From: a virus
Direction: 5' to 3' (one strand)
DNA: 64,000 bases
Virus record (IMG/VR): IMGVR_UViG_3300031787_000075
Span: 9,533 to 73,532 of that record
A program made the position numbers and the translations under genes. The first letter of the stretch is position 1. Every line of letters begins with the position of its first letter. This document shows positions 18,156 through 26,616 of the stretch, piece by piece. The notes below the pieces were generated by a model, which made no database searches, had not been told where the DNA came from, and saw only the letters and a list, made by a program, of their open reading frames with translations.

Positions 18156-18999
18156 GCAAGAATTTCACATGTTTAACACAGAGGAGGCGAAAGAATTTAG
18201 TATTGAATCCGCAATTCTTCTAAACAACATTAGGTTTTGGTTAAGAAAAAATAAGGCTAACCAAAAAAATATTTTTGAAGGCAAGGTGTGGACTTACAAT
18301 TCTGCAGAAGCTTTTACAATTCTTTTTCCTTACATGAGCAGGACAACTATTTGGAGGAGGTTAGACGAATTGTTTAAAGCAGGAAAGATTTTAAAGGGTA
18401 ATTTCAATGATGATAAAAGGGATAAAACTCTTTGGTTTTGCATAAATGAACCGGAGTTCACTAATCTTTCCAAAATGGATAATAGCAAATCTCAAAATGA
18501 AATCTCCATAGTTCAGGATGAAATTAACATAGTTCAAAATGAACCACCATTACCATATATTAAACCAAATATAAACACAGATAATAATACCCCTATATCC
18601 CCAAAACAAAAAACCGCTTCTGACTACGTCCGCGGTTTTGTTTTGGAATCCAGAACAAGACCTGATGATGGTAAATTAACTCTCCTAAATGATGAAGCTG
18701 TTTCAACAATAAAAAGATTTGAGCACTACTACTACAAAGAAAAGAAAAGGAATATGTCTTTAACGGACCTAGTATTCACAGAAGCTTTTGAAGTAGAATT
18801 AGAATACTTTGGGCAGAAATACCATATCAAATCAATTATTGAGGACGTAAATCACGAAGACTTTAATCCAGTAGTATTTGAAAGAACACTAGCTGCCGCT
18901 AAAAAAATGAATGAATTAGGCTTTGAATGTTTTGAGTTTTACTTTAGCTACCTAAACATAAGAGCAACAAACGTATTCAGAAAGTATTTTAACAATTAA
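18148..18999 (+). CDS. Phage replication initiator / replisome organiser (lambda O-like)
   Basis: 'HMFNTEEAKEFSIESAILL..I.FW...N...EGKVWTYNS...LFPYMS..TI.R.L..L' wHTH and 'DKTLW', followed by a linker containing DNA repeats. Confidence 0.75.
   Translation: MNKQEFHMFNTEEAKEFSIESAILLNNIRFWLRKNKANQKNIFEGKVWTYNSAEAFTILFPYMSRTTIWRRLDELFKAGKILKGNFNDDKRDKTLWFCINEPEFTNLSKMDNSKSQNEISIVQDEINIVQNEPPLPYIKPNINTDNNTPISPKQKTASDYVRGFVLESRTRPDDGKLTLLNDEAVSTIKRFEHYYYKEKKRNMSLTDLVFTEAFEVELEYFGQKYHIKSIIEDVNHEDFNPVVFERTLAAAKKMNELGFECFEFYFSYLNIRATNVFRKYFNN
18467..18545 (+). repeat. Four iteron-like direct repeats (putative origin)
   Basis: CA(A/G)(A/G)ATG(A/G)A cores at 18471, 18493, 18514 and 18535 (spacing 22, 21, 21). 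Confidence 0.65.
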
Positions 19000-19011
19000 T
19001 CACCTAAAATC

Positions 19012-19719
19012 ATGATAAAATTAAATCAAAAGCAAATCAAAAGCCTTAAACCTGGGGTTGGAAAAGTATTGGTAGCACCAGATCGCAGAGTCGATGAAAT
19101 AAATGTTGGCGACAAAAAGTTATACTTTGACCCTACATTCAATTACAACGAACACGCCCCAGTAACAGGTTCCGTAATTTCATTTAACCCTACACCGCAT
19201 TGGAATCACAATCATTACCTTAGTGTTCCATACCTACAAGTAGGTGACAGAGTTATATTCAGTTATCATGAAGGTTCAAAGATTTTAGACCCAAAGTTTG
19301 ACGAAACCATTGTTTGTACCGACACCAATCAAATCTATTTGTTCATTCAATATTTCGAATGTTATGCAAAGGTTTGCCATGAAACAAATAAAATTTATGG
19401 ATTAAATCATTACCATATCTGCTCTCCTGTGCAACGAAATGTTGTTGCCGGCATAGAACTACCACAACACATGAAAAAACGCAACAGCCAAAGCGTTTGT
19501 AAGGTAGAATTTAGCCCAATAGAACCAGTAAGGTACAGAAAAGAGGTTAGTCCAGGACAAAGAGTAGAGCCAGGAAGCTATATCGTATTCGATAAATTTG
19601 GAGATGTGCCGCTAGAATACGATATGCACAGAAGCTTAATGGGTAAATCCGAACTTTTTGCCATAGCACAAAGAGATATTGTTGCCGTTATTGATAACCC
19701 CGAACAGGTAAACACATGA
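19012..19719 (+). CDS. Tandem two-domain GroES-like protein
   Basis: Domain 1: 'LKPGVGKVLV..VTGSVIS..LQVGDRVIF'. Domain 2: 'VAGIELP..VEPGSYIVF..LFAIAQRDIVAVI'. Confidence 0.65.
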   Translation: MIKLNQKQIKSLKPGVGKVLVAPDRRVDEINVGDKKLYFDPTFNYNEHAPVTGSVISFNPTPHWNHNHYLSVPYLQVGDRVIFSYHEGSKILDPKFDETIVCTDTNQIYLFIQYFECYAKVCHETNKIYGLNHYHICSPVQRNVVAGIELPQHMKKRNSQSVCKVEFSPIEPVRYRKEVSPGQRVEPGSYIVFDKFGDVPLEYDMHRSLMGKSELFAIAQRDIVAVIDNPEQVNT

Positions 19720-20207
19720 GAAGCGCTGACATAGAAAAAGCGATTTGGCTTCACTGGGCAAGAAAGCAAAACAGAGTAATCTGCCACAACGTGAGCTGGG
19801 GAATGTTTAACCATGAGTGTGATATCTTGGTCCTAGAACAGGATAACACCTTCACAGAAATAGAAATCAAGGTGTCAAAATCTGATGTCAAAAAAGACCT
19901 GCAGAAACCTCACAAACACGAAAGCAAAAAAATATCAAGACTATACTTTGCCATACCCGAAGACCTATACAGGCCCGATGTTATAGAACTAATACCAGAT
20001 CGCGCAGGAATACTTGTGGTAACAACCAAATTACAGGTACAAAACAAAAGAAAACCTGCCAAACCTAAAACACCATATACTGCCAAAGAAAACGAAATCC
20101 GACAACTTGCATACCTCCTTCAATTCCGATTCTGGAAAGAACGTATCAAAGCCAATAACCTCAACCAAAAACTAATAGACAATAATCAGGTGAAACTAAA
20201 TCTATAA
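19716..20207 (+). CDS. MmcB-like PD-(D/E)XK nuclease family protein
   Basis: 'HECDILVL...EIEIKVSKSD...LYFAIP...AGIL'. Confidence 0.7.
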   Translation: MRSADIEKAIWLHWARKQNRVICHNVSWGMFNHECDILVLEQDNTFTEIEIKVSKSDVKKDLQKPHKHESKKISRLYFAIPEDLYRPDVIELIPDRAGILVVTTKLQVQNKRKPAKPKTPYTAKENEIRQLAYLLQFRFWKERIKANNLNQKLIDNNQVKLNL

Positions 20208-20519
20208 CTAATATTTAGGCGTAGCCTCAAAATTGAAATCCACACACCTTACCTCCTCATACCTATCCCCAACCCTGTACTCGTAATACCAACACCCCTG
20301 CCTCACAAAACTCCCAACCAACTTTACCTCAACACCCTTAAACAAATACCACAGCTTCCGGTCCTGATCCGTATTACGTGGCAACAAAACCTTCCAGTTA
20401 TGCTTGTCCTTCTGCTCCAAACCCTTCCGCTTTACAACACCCATCCTAAAACTCCGAATCCAAATCCAATACATCACCGCCACCACCCAAAACACTACTA
20501 GGTATCCTCGGCAATCCAC
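20208..20519 (-). CDS. Hypothetical protein with N-terminal hydrophobic segment
   Basis: 103-aa ORF converging on 19716..20207. Confidence 0.4.
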   Translation of the reverse strand: MDCRGYLVVFWVVAVMYWIWIRSFRMGVVKRKGLEQKDKHNWKVLLPRNTDQDRKLWYLFKGVEVKLVGSFVRQGCWYYEYRVGDRYEEVRCVDFNFEATPKY

Positions 20520-20859
20520 TCAACTCCTGCATAACCTCAAATGAACTCTTTACCGAAGTCTTAACCTTCTTCTCCTCCTTTGCCTTCACCACCTCAACAA
20601 CCCCCTCCACACGCTCCGGTACCACTCCAAACTCTATCCCGCCAAAACTCTTTACCCTCGTCACCCTATAACCCCTGAACTCATTCTCACCCCTACTCAC
20701 CAAATTCCGCAACGTCCCCGGCCTTACCCCTGCATCCCTCGCGACATCACTCAAACTCCGGTAAACATAAATCCTACCATCACCCAAATGCTGCAAAACC
20801 ACAAACTGCTTGCCCTGGTTCCTATCACTCACCACAACCTCGCCCTTTTTAAACCCCAT
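20446..20859 (-). CDS. HTH (NUMOD1-like) DNA-binding protein
   Basis: 'YRSLSDVARDAGVRPGTLRNLVSRG...GY'. Confidence 0.55.
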   Translation of the reverse strand: MGFKKGEVVVSDRNQGKQFVVLQHLGDGRIYVYRSLSDVARDAGVRPGTLRNLVSRGENEFRGYRVTRVKSFGGIEFGVVPERVEGVVEVVKAKEEKKVKTSVKSSFEVMQELSGLPRIPSSVLGGGGDVLDLDSEF

Positions 20860-21163
20860 ATCTATTACTATTTATTACGCAATATTACCAAATTTTGTAA
20901 TAAATGACAAAAAAACAATGTTACAAAAACCATACCTTATGTAAACGTGTGGCGTGGACCTTGATGAAAATTGATCCGGTCCAAGCAAAATCGCCCGACT
21001 CGAAATCGCGGACCCCTACCCCCAGTTTCAAGGCCAAACGTGTGCAATATCGAACACGAACGCAATCAATAGCCATCGCCTTCAAAAGCACACAAAAGCA
21101 AGTAGGGGAGGGGAGAAGCATAACCCCATAGGATGAAATCCTTCACACCATCCAAAAATATCT

Positions 21164-21191
21164 ACTTAACATAATAATAGTTATGAGGACA
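21164..21191 (-). other. dif-like XerC/XerD recombination site
   Basis: Minus strand TGTCCTCATAA-CTATTA-TTATGTTAAGT: 11-6-11 layout. The XerD arm matches TTATGTTAAAT at 10/11; the XerC-like arm ends in CATAA. Confidence 0.8.
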
Positions 21192-21225
21192 ATCTAACAC
21201 CCATTAGACAGACATTGCACATTAG

Positions 21226-21262
21226 CGTGGAACATATTGCCAAGACAATAGCACGTTCCACG
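21226..21262. repeat. Inverted repeat made of parS-like half sites
   Basis: CGTGGAAC...GTTCCACG with an inner TATTG/CAATA pair. Confidence 0.45.
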
Positions 21263-21268
21263 AATGAA

Positions 21269-21281
21269 TATCAATAACTTA
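21269..21281 (+). promoter_or_regulatory. IHF-consensus site
   Basis: TATCAATAACTTA matches WATCAANNNNTTR exactly. Confidence 0.4.
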
Positions 21282-21361
21282 GGCAGTCAAAACCCGCATT
21301 TTTTGATACCCTGATTTGCCAAATTAGGATATTTCTAGACCATTGCCTATGTTTGTTTTTT

Positions 21362-21925
21362 ATGGACACACAGACAAATAAACCTAATGTAAAACTTCAA
21401 GTTTTGCCTCGTAAACCCTTGACAACAAATAGATTAAACCAAAAAATCCCAAAAAATTATTTCCATTTTGAGGACAACGTGCAAGAGCGTGGGGTTTTGG
21501 ATGGTTTGGTTTGCCCTATTTCTTTGCTTCTGTCGTCTTCTTCTTCTGTCTATCTTTCTCAATACATCTATTTGTGGCAGGACAGCATTAAACAATCAAA
21601 AAAAGCCTATTTTGACGCGTTACCAGTTGACAAGGCAGATAAACATCACGAACTTATAAAGTCATCATTTCAGTTTGTTTATTTCATGGCTTGTCAGCCC
21701 TTCCCTCCTACCACCTTACAACTTACTTCTTTGTATGGCAAAAAGAGTATAAATGTGGGCAGATTAGTATTACTCCGTAAGATAGGCATAGTTTATAAGC
21801 ACCAAGGCGGTGGATGGTCTTTAACCCCCAGTATTTATGCGGTTATCAAGCTAATCAATGACAATGCAATAACCATATTCAACAATAGAATAGAACTATT
21901 GATGCAAAACGACACTATTTTGTAA
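21362..21925 (+). CDS. Putative winged-helix DNA-binding protein
   Basis: 'LVLLRKIGIVYK..GGGWSLTP' resembles a wHTH wing; start taken at ATG 21362. Confidence 0.45.
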   Translation: MDTQTNKPNVKLQVLPRKPLTTNRLNQKIPKNYFHFEDNVQERGVLDGLVCPISLLLSSSSSVYLSQYIYLWQDSIKQSKKAYFDALPVDKADKHHELIKSSFQFVYFMACQPFPPTTLQLTSLYGKKSINVGRLVLLRKIGIVYKHQGGGWSLTPSIYAVIKLINDNAITIFNNRIELLMQNDTIL

Positions 21926-22005
21926 CATTTATTAAATTTATCGGCCTGATTATTAGTGTTTTGTGTTTTTATTACAAAAATATTTGTTTTTGTAATATTT
22001 AGCGC

Positions 22006-22035
22006 TTGCATAGTATAGACTATTGTCTATATTTG
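22006..22035 (+). promoter_or_regulatory. Early promoter (TTG-N19-TATATTTG) overlapped by a palindrome
   Basis: Consensus Bacteroidota promoter; TATAGAC-TATT-GTCTATA inverted repeat at 22014-22031. Confidence 0.7.
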
Positions 22036-22055
22036 TGATACCAAAACAAAACAAT

Positions 22056-22244
22056 ATGAACACACAGAACACAACACTTTACAAGGTTTTTAAGGTTTTC
22101 CGCAAGTCAGGCAGAAGACAAATTTTAAGAGTAAATTTAAGCCTTGAACAAGCCAAGATGCTTGTAAACTCTTACCCTGATAGCAGCCGTTCAATGGTTT
22201 GCTTTGCCTCTCAATCTTCACATATAACCATCGTAAAAAGATAA
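22056..22244 (+). CDS. Small early protein
   Basis: ATG 22056 follows the promoter and an A-rich leader. Confidence 0.55.
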   Translation: MNTQNTTLYKVFKVFRKSGRRQILRVNLSLEQAKMLVNSYPDSSRSMVCFASQSSHITIVKR

Positions 22245-22249
22245 TTATC

Positions 22250-22402
22250 ATGAAAATGAGAACTATATTTTCATCCGTTGCTGCCGCGTTGATGCTAGCA
22301 ATGGCAATGGTTAGCGGTGAATCATTTTTTTTATTTCCCGTTGTACTTAGCGTTGGCGTTGCTGCCTTATTTATTCACGAAGATACACATAAGGAGGCAT
22401 AA
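22250..22402 (+). CDS. Small membrane protein
   Basis: MKMRTIFSSVAAALMLAMAM..., two hydrophobic segments. Confidence 0.55.
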   Translation: MKMRTIFSSVAAALMLAMAMVSGESFFLFPVVLSVGVAALFIHEDTHKEA

Positions 22403-22404
22403 GC

Positions 22405-22983
22405 ATGAAAGCAACTAAAGAACTAAGAGAACGCGCTGAAAGCTACGGAACAGCGCATTTATCAGACATTGAACTTGCCGCGCTTATTGGTTACAAACCA
22501 AAGCCAAATGAAGCCCTTGTATCTTCTGAATTTATTAAACACGTTCATGAACTTTCTAACAGATTTAGAGCGGCAGATTTTGACCTTGCTATGAAGGTGC
22601 AATCTTCAAGGCAGCTATTTGATTACATTACCACGCGCCACACCCTTCAAAACTTATTTGTTGAGCATTTCTATGTTATTGCCTTAAATCGTCAAAATAA
22701 AGTCATTAAAAGCATTAAAATAAGTGAGGGCGGTTTGGATGCTTGCCTTGTTGACCCTAGAGTAATTTTCACGCAATTATTGAGCATTAAAGGATGCACC
22801 ACTTTTGCCCTATTTCACAATCACCCAAGCGGCAATTTAACACCAAGCCAACAAGACATCAACATTACTAAGAAGCTAAAGGAAGGCGGCAAATTGCTAG
22901 ACCTTCACTTATTAGACCACATCATTATTGGAGGCAATAATTTTAATACTTATTTATCACTAGGGGATGAAGGCCATTTGTAA
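22405..22983 (+). CDS. radC: RadC-like JAB-domain protein
   Basis: 'LSDIELAALI', 'EHFYVIALNRQN', 'HNHPSGNLTPSQQD', 'LLDHIIIG'. Confidence 0.9.
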   Translation: MKATKELRERAESYGTAHLSDIELAALIGYKPKPNEALVSSEFIKHVHELSNRFRAADFDLAMKVQSSRQLFDYITTRHTLQNLFVEHFYVIALNRQNKVIKSIKISEGGLDACLVDPRVIFTQLLSIKGCTTFALFHNHPSGNLTPSQQDINITKKLKEGGKLLDLHLLDHIIIGGNNFNTYLSLGDEGHL

Positions 22984-23008
22984 GCCTTCCCCCACAAATA
23001 AACCGATT

Positions 23009-23464
23009 ATGAACACATTTTTTGTAGTTGACATAGCAAATTATAGGGGTTGGATAGAAACCACTATAAACACAGACAAGGCAATAACCGACAACTTGAA
23101 TAATTGCCTTGTGTCGTGGATGGATGGTATGACCTTCGAGCAATACCAAGCCAAACATGGCGGCAAATTATCTATTATCACGCAGGAGGAATACGCTGCA
23201 ATGAGAGCAAAGTATGTTTTAGCCCTTCAGGAAGATTTTAATGAGATTAGCCTAGATAAGTATTATGAGGCATTAAATTGTTTGCCTCCGTTAAGATTTA
23301 CCTCACAATATGGCAAAGAAATGTTTTTTATTGGAGAGTGCTATACAGACAATTTATACCAATGCTATGTAAAAATAGCCGACAAATGTTATACCGCGCT
23401 TCGCGCCATCAACACACCTAGAACCGATATTTTTAACCTTAAATCAATCAATCATGGAAGTTAA
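23009..23464 (+). CDS. Hypothetical protein (DUF1419-like)
   Basis: 'YYEALNCLPPLRF...FFIGE'; the likely start MNTFF follows the radC stop. Confidence 0.45.
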   Translation: MNTFFVVDIANYRGWIETTINTDKAITDNLNNCLVSWMDGMTFEQYQAKHGGKLSIITQEEYAAMRAKYVLALQEDFNEISLDKYYEALNCLPPLRFTSQYGKEMFFIGECYTDNLYQCYVKIADKCYTALRAINTPRTDIFNLKSINHGS

Positions 23465-23777
23465 TCAATTAGTAAAGGACTTTGTAAGCACCTTAAAACA
23501 AGCTAGTGAACATCAAGGCATCGAATATGATTTTGATGAATCCAAGGCATTTTTTATGAGTACCTATAAGGAAGAAATTCCTAAGATTATGGAGGTAATG
23601 AGAACAGACATGGAGGCAGCTAATTTGTTTGGGCAGGACCTTCAAAAAATGATTAAACAAGGCAAGCAATTGCCTGCCTTGGTATCAGCAGCAGGCCAAA
23701 TATCCTATAAGGCCGCAGTTTGTGAATATGTAAATAGATTTTTAGCCACACAAAAGAAAGAGGAGGTAACAGCATGA
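23454..23777 (+). CDS. Hypothetical protein
   Basis: Overlaps both neighbours in the early operon. Confidence 0.55.
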   Translation: MEVNQLVKDFVSTLKQASEHQGIEYDFDESKAFFMSTYKEEIPKIMEVMRTDMEAANLFGQDLQKMIKQGKQLPALVSAAGQISYKAAVCEYVNRFLATQKKEEVTA

Positions 23778-24157
23778 GTACATTATTTAATCAGTTAGTA
23801 TGGCCAAGGGGTGGAAATGTTCCACCCTCCATTGTGTTTCATGAAGACGCGGGGCATGGATGGCTTCAAGTTCCTAGGCATTTATTAGAATCATTGGAAA
23901 TAGCGGAAAAAATATCGGGTTATTCTTATAGTGACCTTGATAATGGATATCTAGAGGAAGATTGTGACCTATTTTTATTTATTCAAGCCCTAGAGGCCAA
24001 ATATGGATTAACAAGAGAAGAATCCATAAGATTTTTCAACGATATACCGAAAGAGTATTCAGAAAGAAGCAAGGTAAGGAGATTAAACCACTACCAATAC
24101 AAGAAAACCACGACAAAAAATCAATTCAGTAATAACCAACAATTATCTTTTTTATGA
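23774..24157 (+). CDS. Conserved phage hypothetical protein
   Basis: 'FHEDAGHGWLQVP...YLEEDCD' motif common in phage early genes. Confidence 0.65.
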   Translation: MSTLFNQLVWPRGGNVPPSIVFHEDAGHGWLQVPRHLLESLEIAEKISGYSYSDLDNGYLEEDCDLFLFIQALEAKYGLTREESIRFFNDIPKEYSERSKVRRLNHYQYKKTTTKNQFSNNQQLSFL

Positions 24158-24483
24158 TTATAAGATTAACAGACAGCCGAGGCAGTTTATTTGCCCAAGT
24201 AGCAAGTTTTGAGGCCGCAAATTTAGCAGCCCGCGCAATTTGGAAGCGCGACAAATGGAGTGACATACACTATTTTATTGAATTTGATGATTTACAAGAA
24301 ACTCATGGCTCAATAGATATTGAACCGCATGATTTTTTTGCTCGTAATCAAAGGCAAATTATTACTTGGCATCTTAAGACCTTTTGGGGCAATATCGTGA
24401 AGCATGGGGCAAATTTGCCCTATTCTATAAGTTCAGAAGACATTTCTTTTTTCAAATTTTTACTTACCAAATTACCTAATTAA
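24154..24483 (+). CDS. Hypothetical protein
   Basis: ATGA overlap with the upstream gene. Confidence 0.55.
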   Translation: MIIRLTDSRGSLFAQVASFEAANLAARAIWKRDKWSDIHYFIEFDDLQETHGSIDIEPHDFFARNQRQIITWHLKTFWGNIVKHGANLPYSISSEDISFFKFLLTKLPN

Positions 24484-24484
24484 T

Positions 24485-25060
24485 ATGAAACCAAATTTCA
24501 CTAGCGCAGGCATTGATACTGCAACCAAAGTAATGGCACTAATGGCAATGAAACAAACCATTGCTGAAAAGTACACTAATTTACAATCACAAGTTTTAGA
24601 GCAGTTGAAACTTGAACCTAGCGAGGCAAGAGTTGAGAAGCTAAGAGGCAGGGGGGTAGAAATACCTCCATATTGCACAAAAGAGGAGCATCTTTATTTA
24701 CTAGAAATGGGCACAGATAAGGAAGGAAATTGTTTGCCTCACCTTCCAATAGCCAAATATTACAGCGAGATGGACAGAAGAGCGAAAGATATTGGTTTTA
24801 TTAATGGGGTCAACGCGGTGGCGCAAGTGGATCATGAATTGAGATTAGCAAAGGTTAGTTTATTTCAGCACACACAAAATTTAGAAGGTATGCCCAATTT
24901 AGAATGGGACAAACTAACCGCATCACCTAAGTTTTACGACTCTTATTTTGAACTCACCCTCAAACTATATGCACCATTGGTTAAAGTTAATCAAAACCTT
25001 AAGTTAATAGAAAAAGAGGTTTTTAAATCACATATTCAACCATCATTTGTAACTAACTAA
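24485..25060 (+). CDS. Hypothetical protein
   Basis: 191-aa ORF in the operon. Confidence 0.55.
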   Translation: MKPNFTSAGIDTATKVMALMAMKQTIAEKYTNLQSQVLEQLKLEPSEARVEKLRGRGVEIPPYCTKEEHLYLLEMGTDKEGNCLPHLPIAKYYSEMDRRAKDIGFINGVNAVAQVDHELRLAKVSLFQHTQNLEGMPNLEWDKLTASPKFYDSYFELTLKLYAPLVKVNQNLKLIEKEVFKSHIQPSFVTN

Positions 25061-25125
25061 AACATTGTTTTGTGTTGCCTAGCCCTTTGATGGGCGGGCA
25101 GCGCAGAACCTAATTAAGACACATC

Positions 25126-25344
25126 ATGAAGCACAAAACATTAGCAGCCAAAGAAAGGCATTTGAACCAACTATATGCAGACATTTTTAGTCAAGAGCAG
25201 GCAGTTGAACACTTTATTTATTTAACCAATAAAAGCCGCGGCAATTACACTACCGAGGCTAATATTCGCAAGCACCACACAAACCATACACTTGGTACTC
25301 TTTTACGCAAGTATGACCCAATAGCTTTTAATACAGCAGACTAA
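25126..25344 (+). CDS. Hypothetical protein
   Basis: C-terminal 'GTLLRKYDPIAFN' motif seen in small phage proteins. Confidence 0.55.
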   Translation: MKHKTLAAKERHLNQLYADIFSQEQAVEHFIYLTNKSRGNYTTEANIRKHHTNHTLGTLLRKYDPIAFNTAD

Positions 25345-25359
25345 ATAATATACAATCAC

Positions 25360-26049
25360 ATGGAAAGAATTAAATTAACCCAAGACTTCGCCTGGTTTTC
25401 GCTAACCGAAAAAGAGGCCATTAAACTATTTGCCCTAGACTTTGAAATCTATTCAATCACAGATGGGGTGGATTCGCTTATTAAGACATTCAATGACCTT
25501 GATAATGCAATACAGACAGCGGATTATATTGCCTTAGAATGTGGCCATATAGCAGCGTTTAAATTGTTTCAACAAGAAGATTTTGAGTCACACTATGAAT
25601 TTGTTGCAATGCTAGAAGGGCTTGAAAATTACCCTGAATCATTGGAAAGCACACCCGATAGATGGGAATTTAGCAAGAAATTAACATTTGAGTTTAATGA
25701 GCAGCATAAAGAAACAAATTGGGGCACAGAACTAGACTATTTTGATGAACTAGAAAAGTTTTTTGATGCCAAAATTAAAGAGTTAAGCAATCCCCCTGCC
25801 ACACCCGAAACCAATCAACCCACAGCTACTAAATTTTATTTGTTTGGGGGTGAGGCTTGCAGGCTTATTGAGGAAGATGGTATTGATAGTCTTAAAAATG
25901 CAGACTTTGAAACCTATATGTTTAATCCAATGATTGACAATCCAAATGATTTACTAGCTAAATTCGATGGATGGGAGGCATGGCGCGAAATAACAGAAGA
26001 GGAATTTTTGAAGCTAATGAACAAAGACTCTCAAAATGGAAGCAACTAA
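25360..26049 (+). CDS. Acidic multi-domain hypothetical protein
   Basis: 229 aa, D/E-rich, with a Pro/Thr linker before a C-terminal domain. Confidence 0.55.
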   Translation: MERIKLTQDFAWFSLTEKEAIKLFALDFEIYSITDGVDSLIKTFNDLDNAIQTADYIALECGHIAAFKLFQQEDFESHYEFVAMLEGLENYPESLESTPDRWEFSKKLTFEFNEQHKETNWGTELDYFDELEKFFDAKIKELSNPPATPETNQPTATKFYLFGGEACRLIEEDGIDSLKNADFETYMFNPMIDNPNDLLAKFDGWEAWREITEEEFLKLMNKDSQNGSN

Positions 26050-26233
26050 TCTAACCTGCCAATTATCGGTATTGGCAAAACAACCTAAAACCTATGCAGT
26101 AAAACAAATACTGCATAAGTCATTGATACCGAAATCAGCGCGATATATTGATACAATCTATATCAATAACTATGCGCAGGATATTTACAAGACCCCTAAC
26201 AACATTTTTTACGCAACCAACCCAAAATACTAA
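26036..26233 (+). CDS. Hypothetical protein
   Basis: Packed small ORF. Confidence 0.45.
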   Translation: MEATNLTCQLSVLAKQPKTYAVKQILHKSLIPKSARYIDTIYINNYAQDIYKTPNNIFYATNPKY

Positions 26234-26235
26234 TT

Positions 26236-26616
26236 ATGAACACAAACGAGTTTATTTTAATCAACTACAATCTAGGTATGAAAAATGCCTTTATTGTGCA
26301 GGATGAAGCCAAAAGTGGCAACCTTGTATTCGCAAATTATGTGGCAGCCACCAACAAGGCGGCAAAAATAAATGCCACAACTTACCCATCATTTGAGATT
26401 TTTGGCTTGGCAGATGTTAAGCAGTTTTTCAAGTGGCTACTGGAGGAAAAAATCAGTTTCCATCCCGATGATGATTTTAAAGAGTATGGTTTAGATTGGC
26501 AAGCGGGGGAATTGTTCAACGCGTTAATGGAATCCTGCTATATTATTTGCGAAGAACACGAAGTTGATATATACGAACTAGCTATGCAGTGCATAGAGGA
26601 GGTGGAAAATGCCTAA
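26236..26616 (+). CDS. Hypothetical protein
   Basis: 'SFHPDDDFKEY...DIYELAM' motif of Bacteroidota phage proteins. Confidence 0.55.
   Translation: MNTNEFILINYNLGMKNAFIVQDEAKSGNLVFANYVAATNKAAKINATTYPSFEIFGLADVKQFFKWLLEEKISFHPDDDFKEYGLDWQAGELFNALMESCYIICEEHEVDIYELAMQCIEEVENA

Noticed and set aside
20904-21131. ORFs 20904..21131 (+) and 20921..21121 (-)
   Set aside because: Atypical composition and mutual overlap in a GC-rich control region; more likely non-coding.
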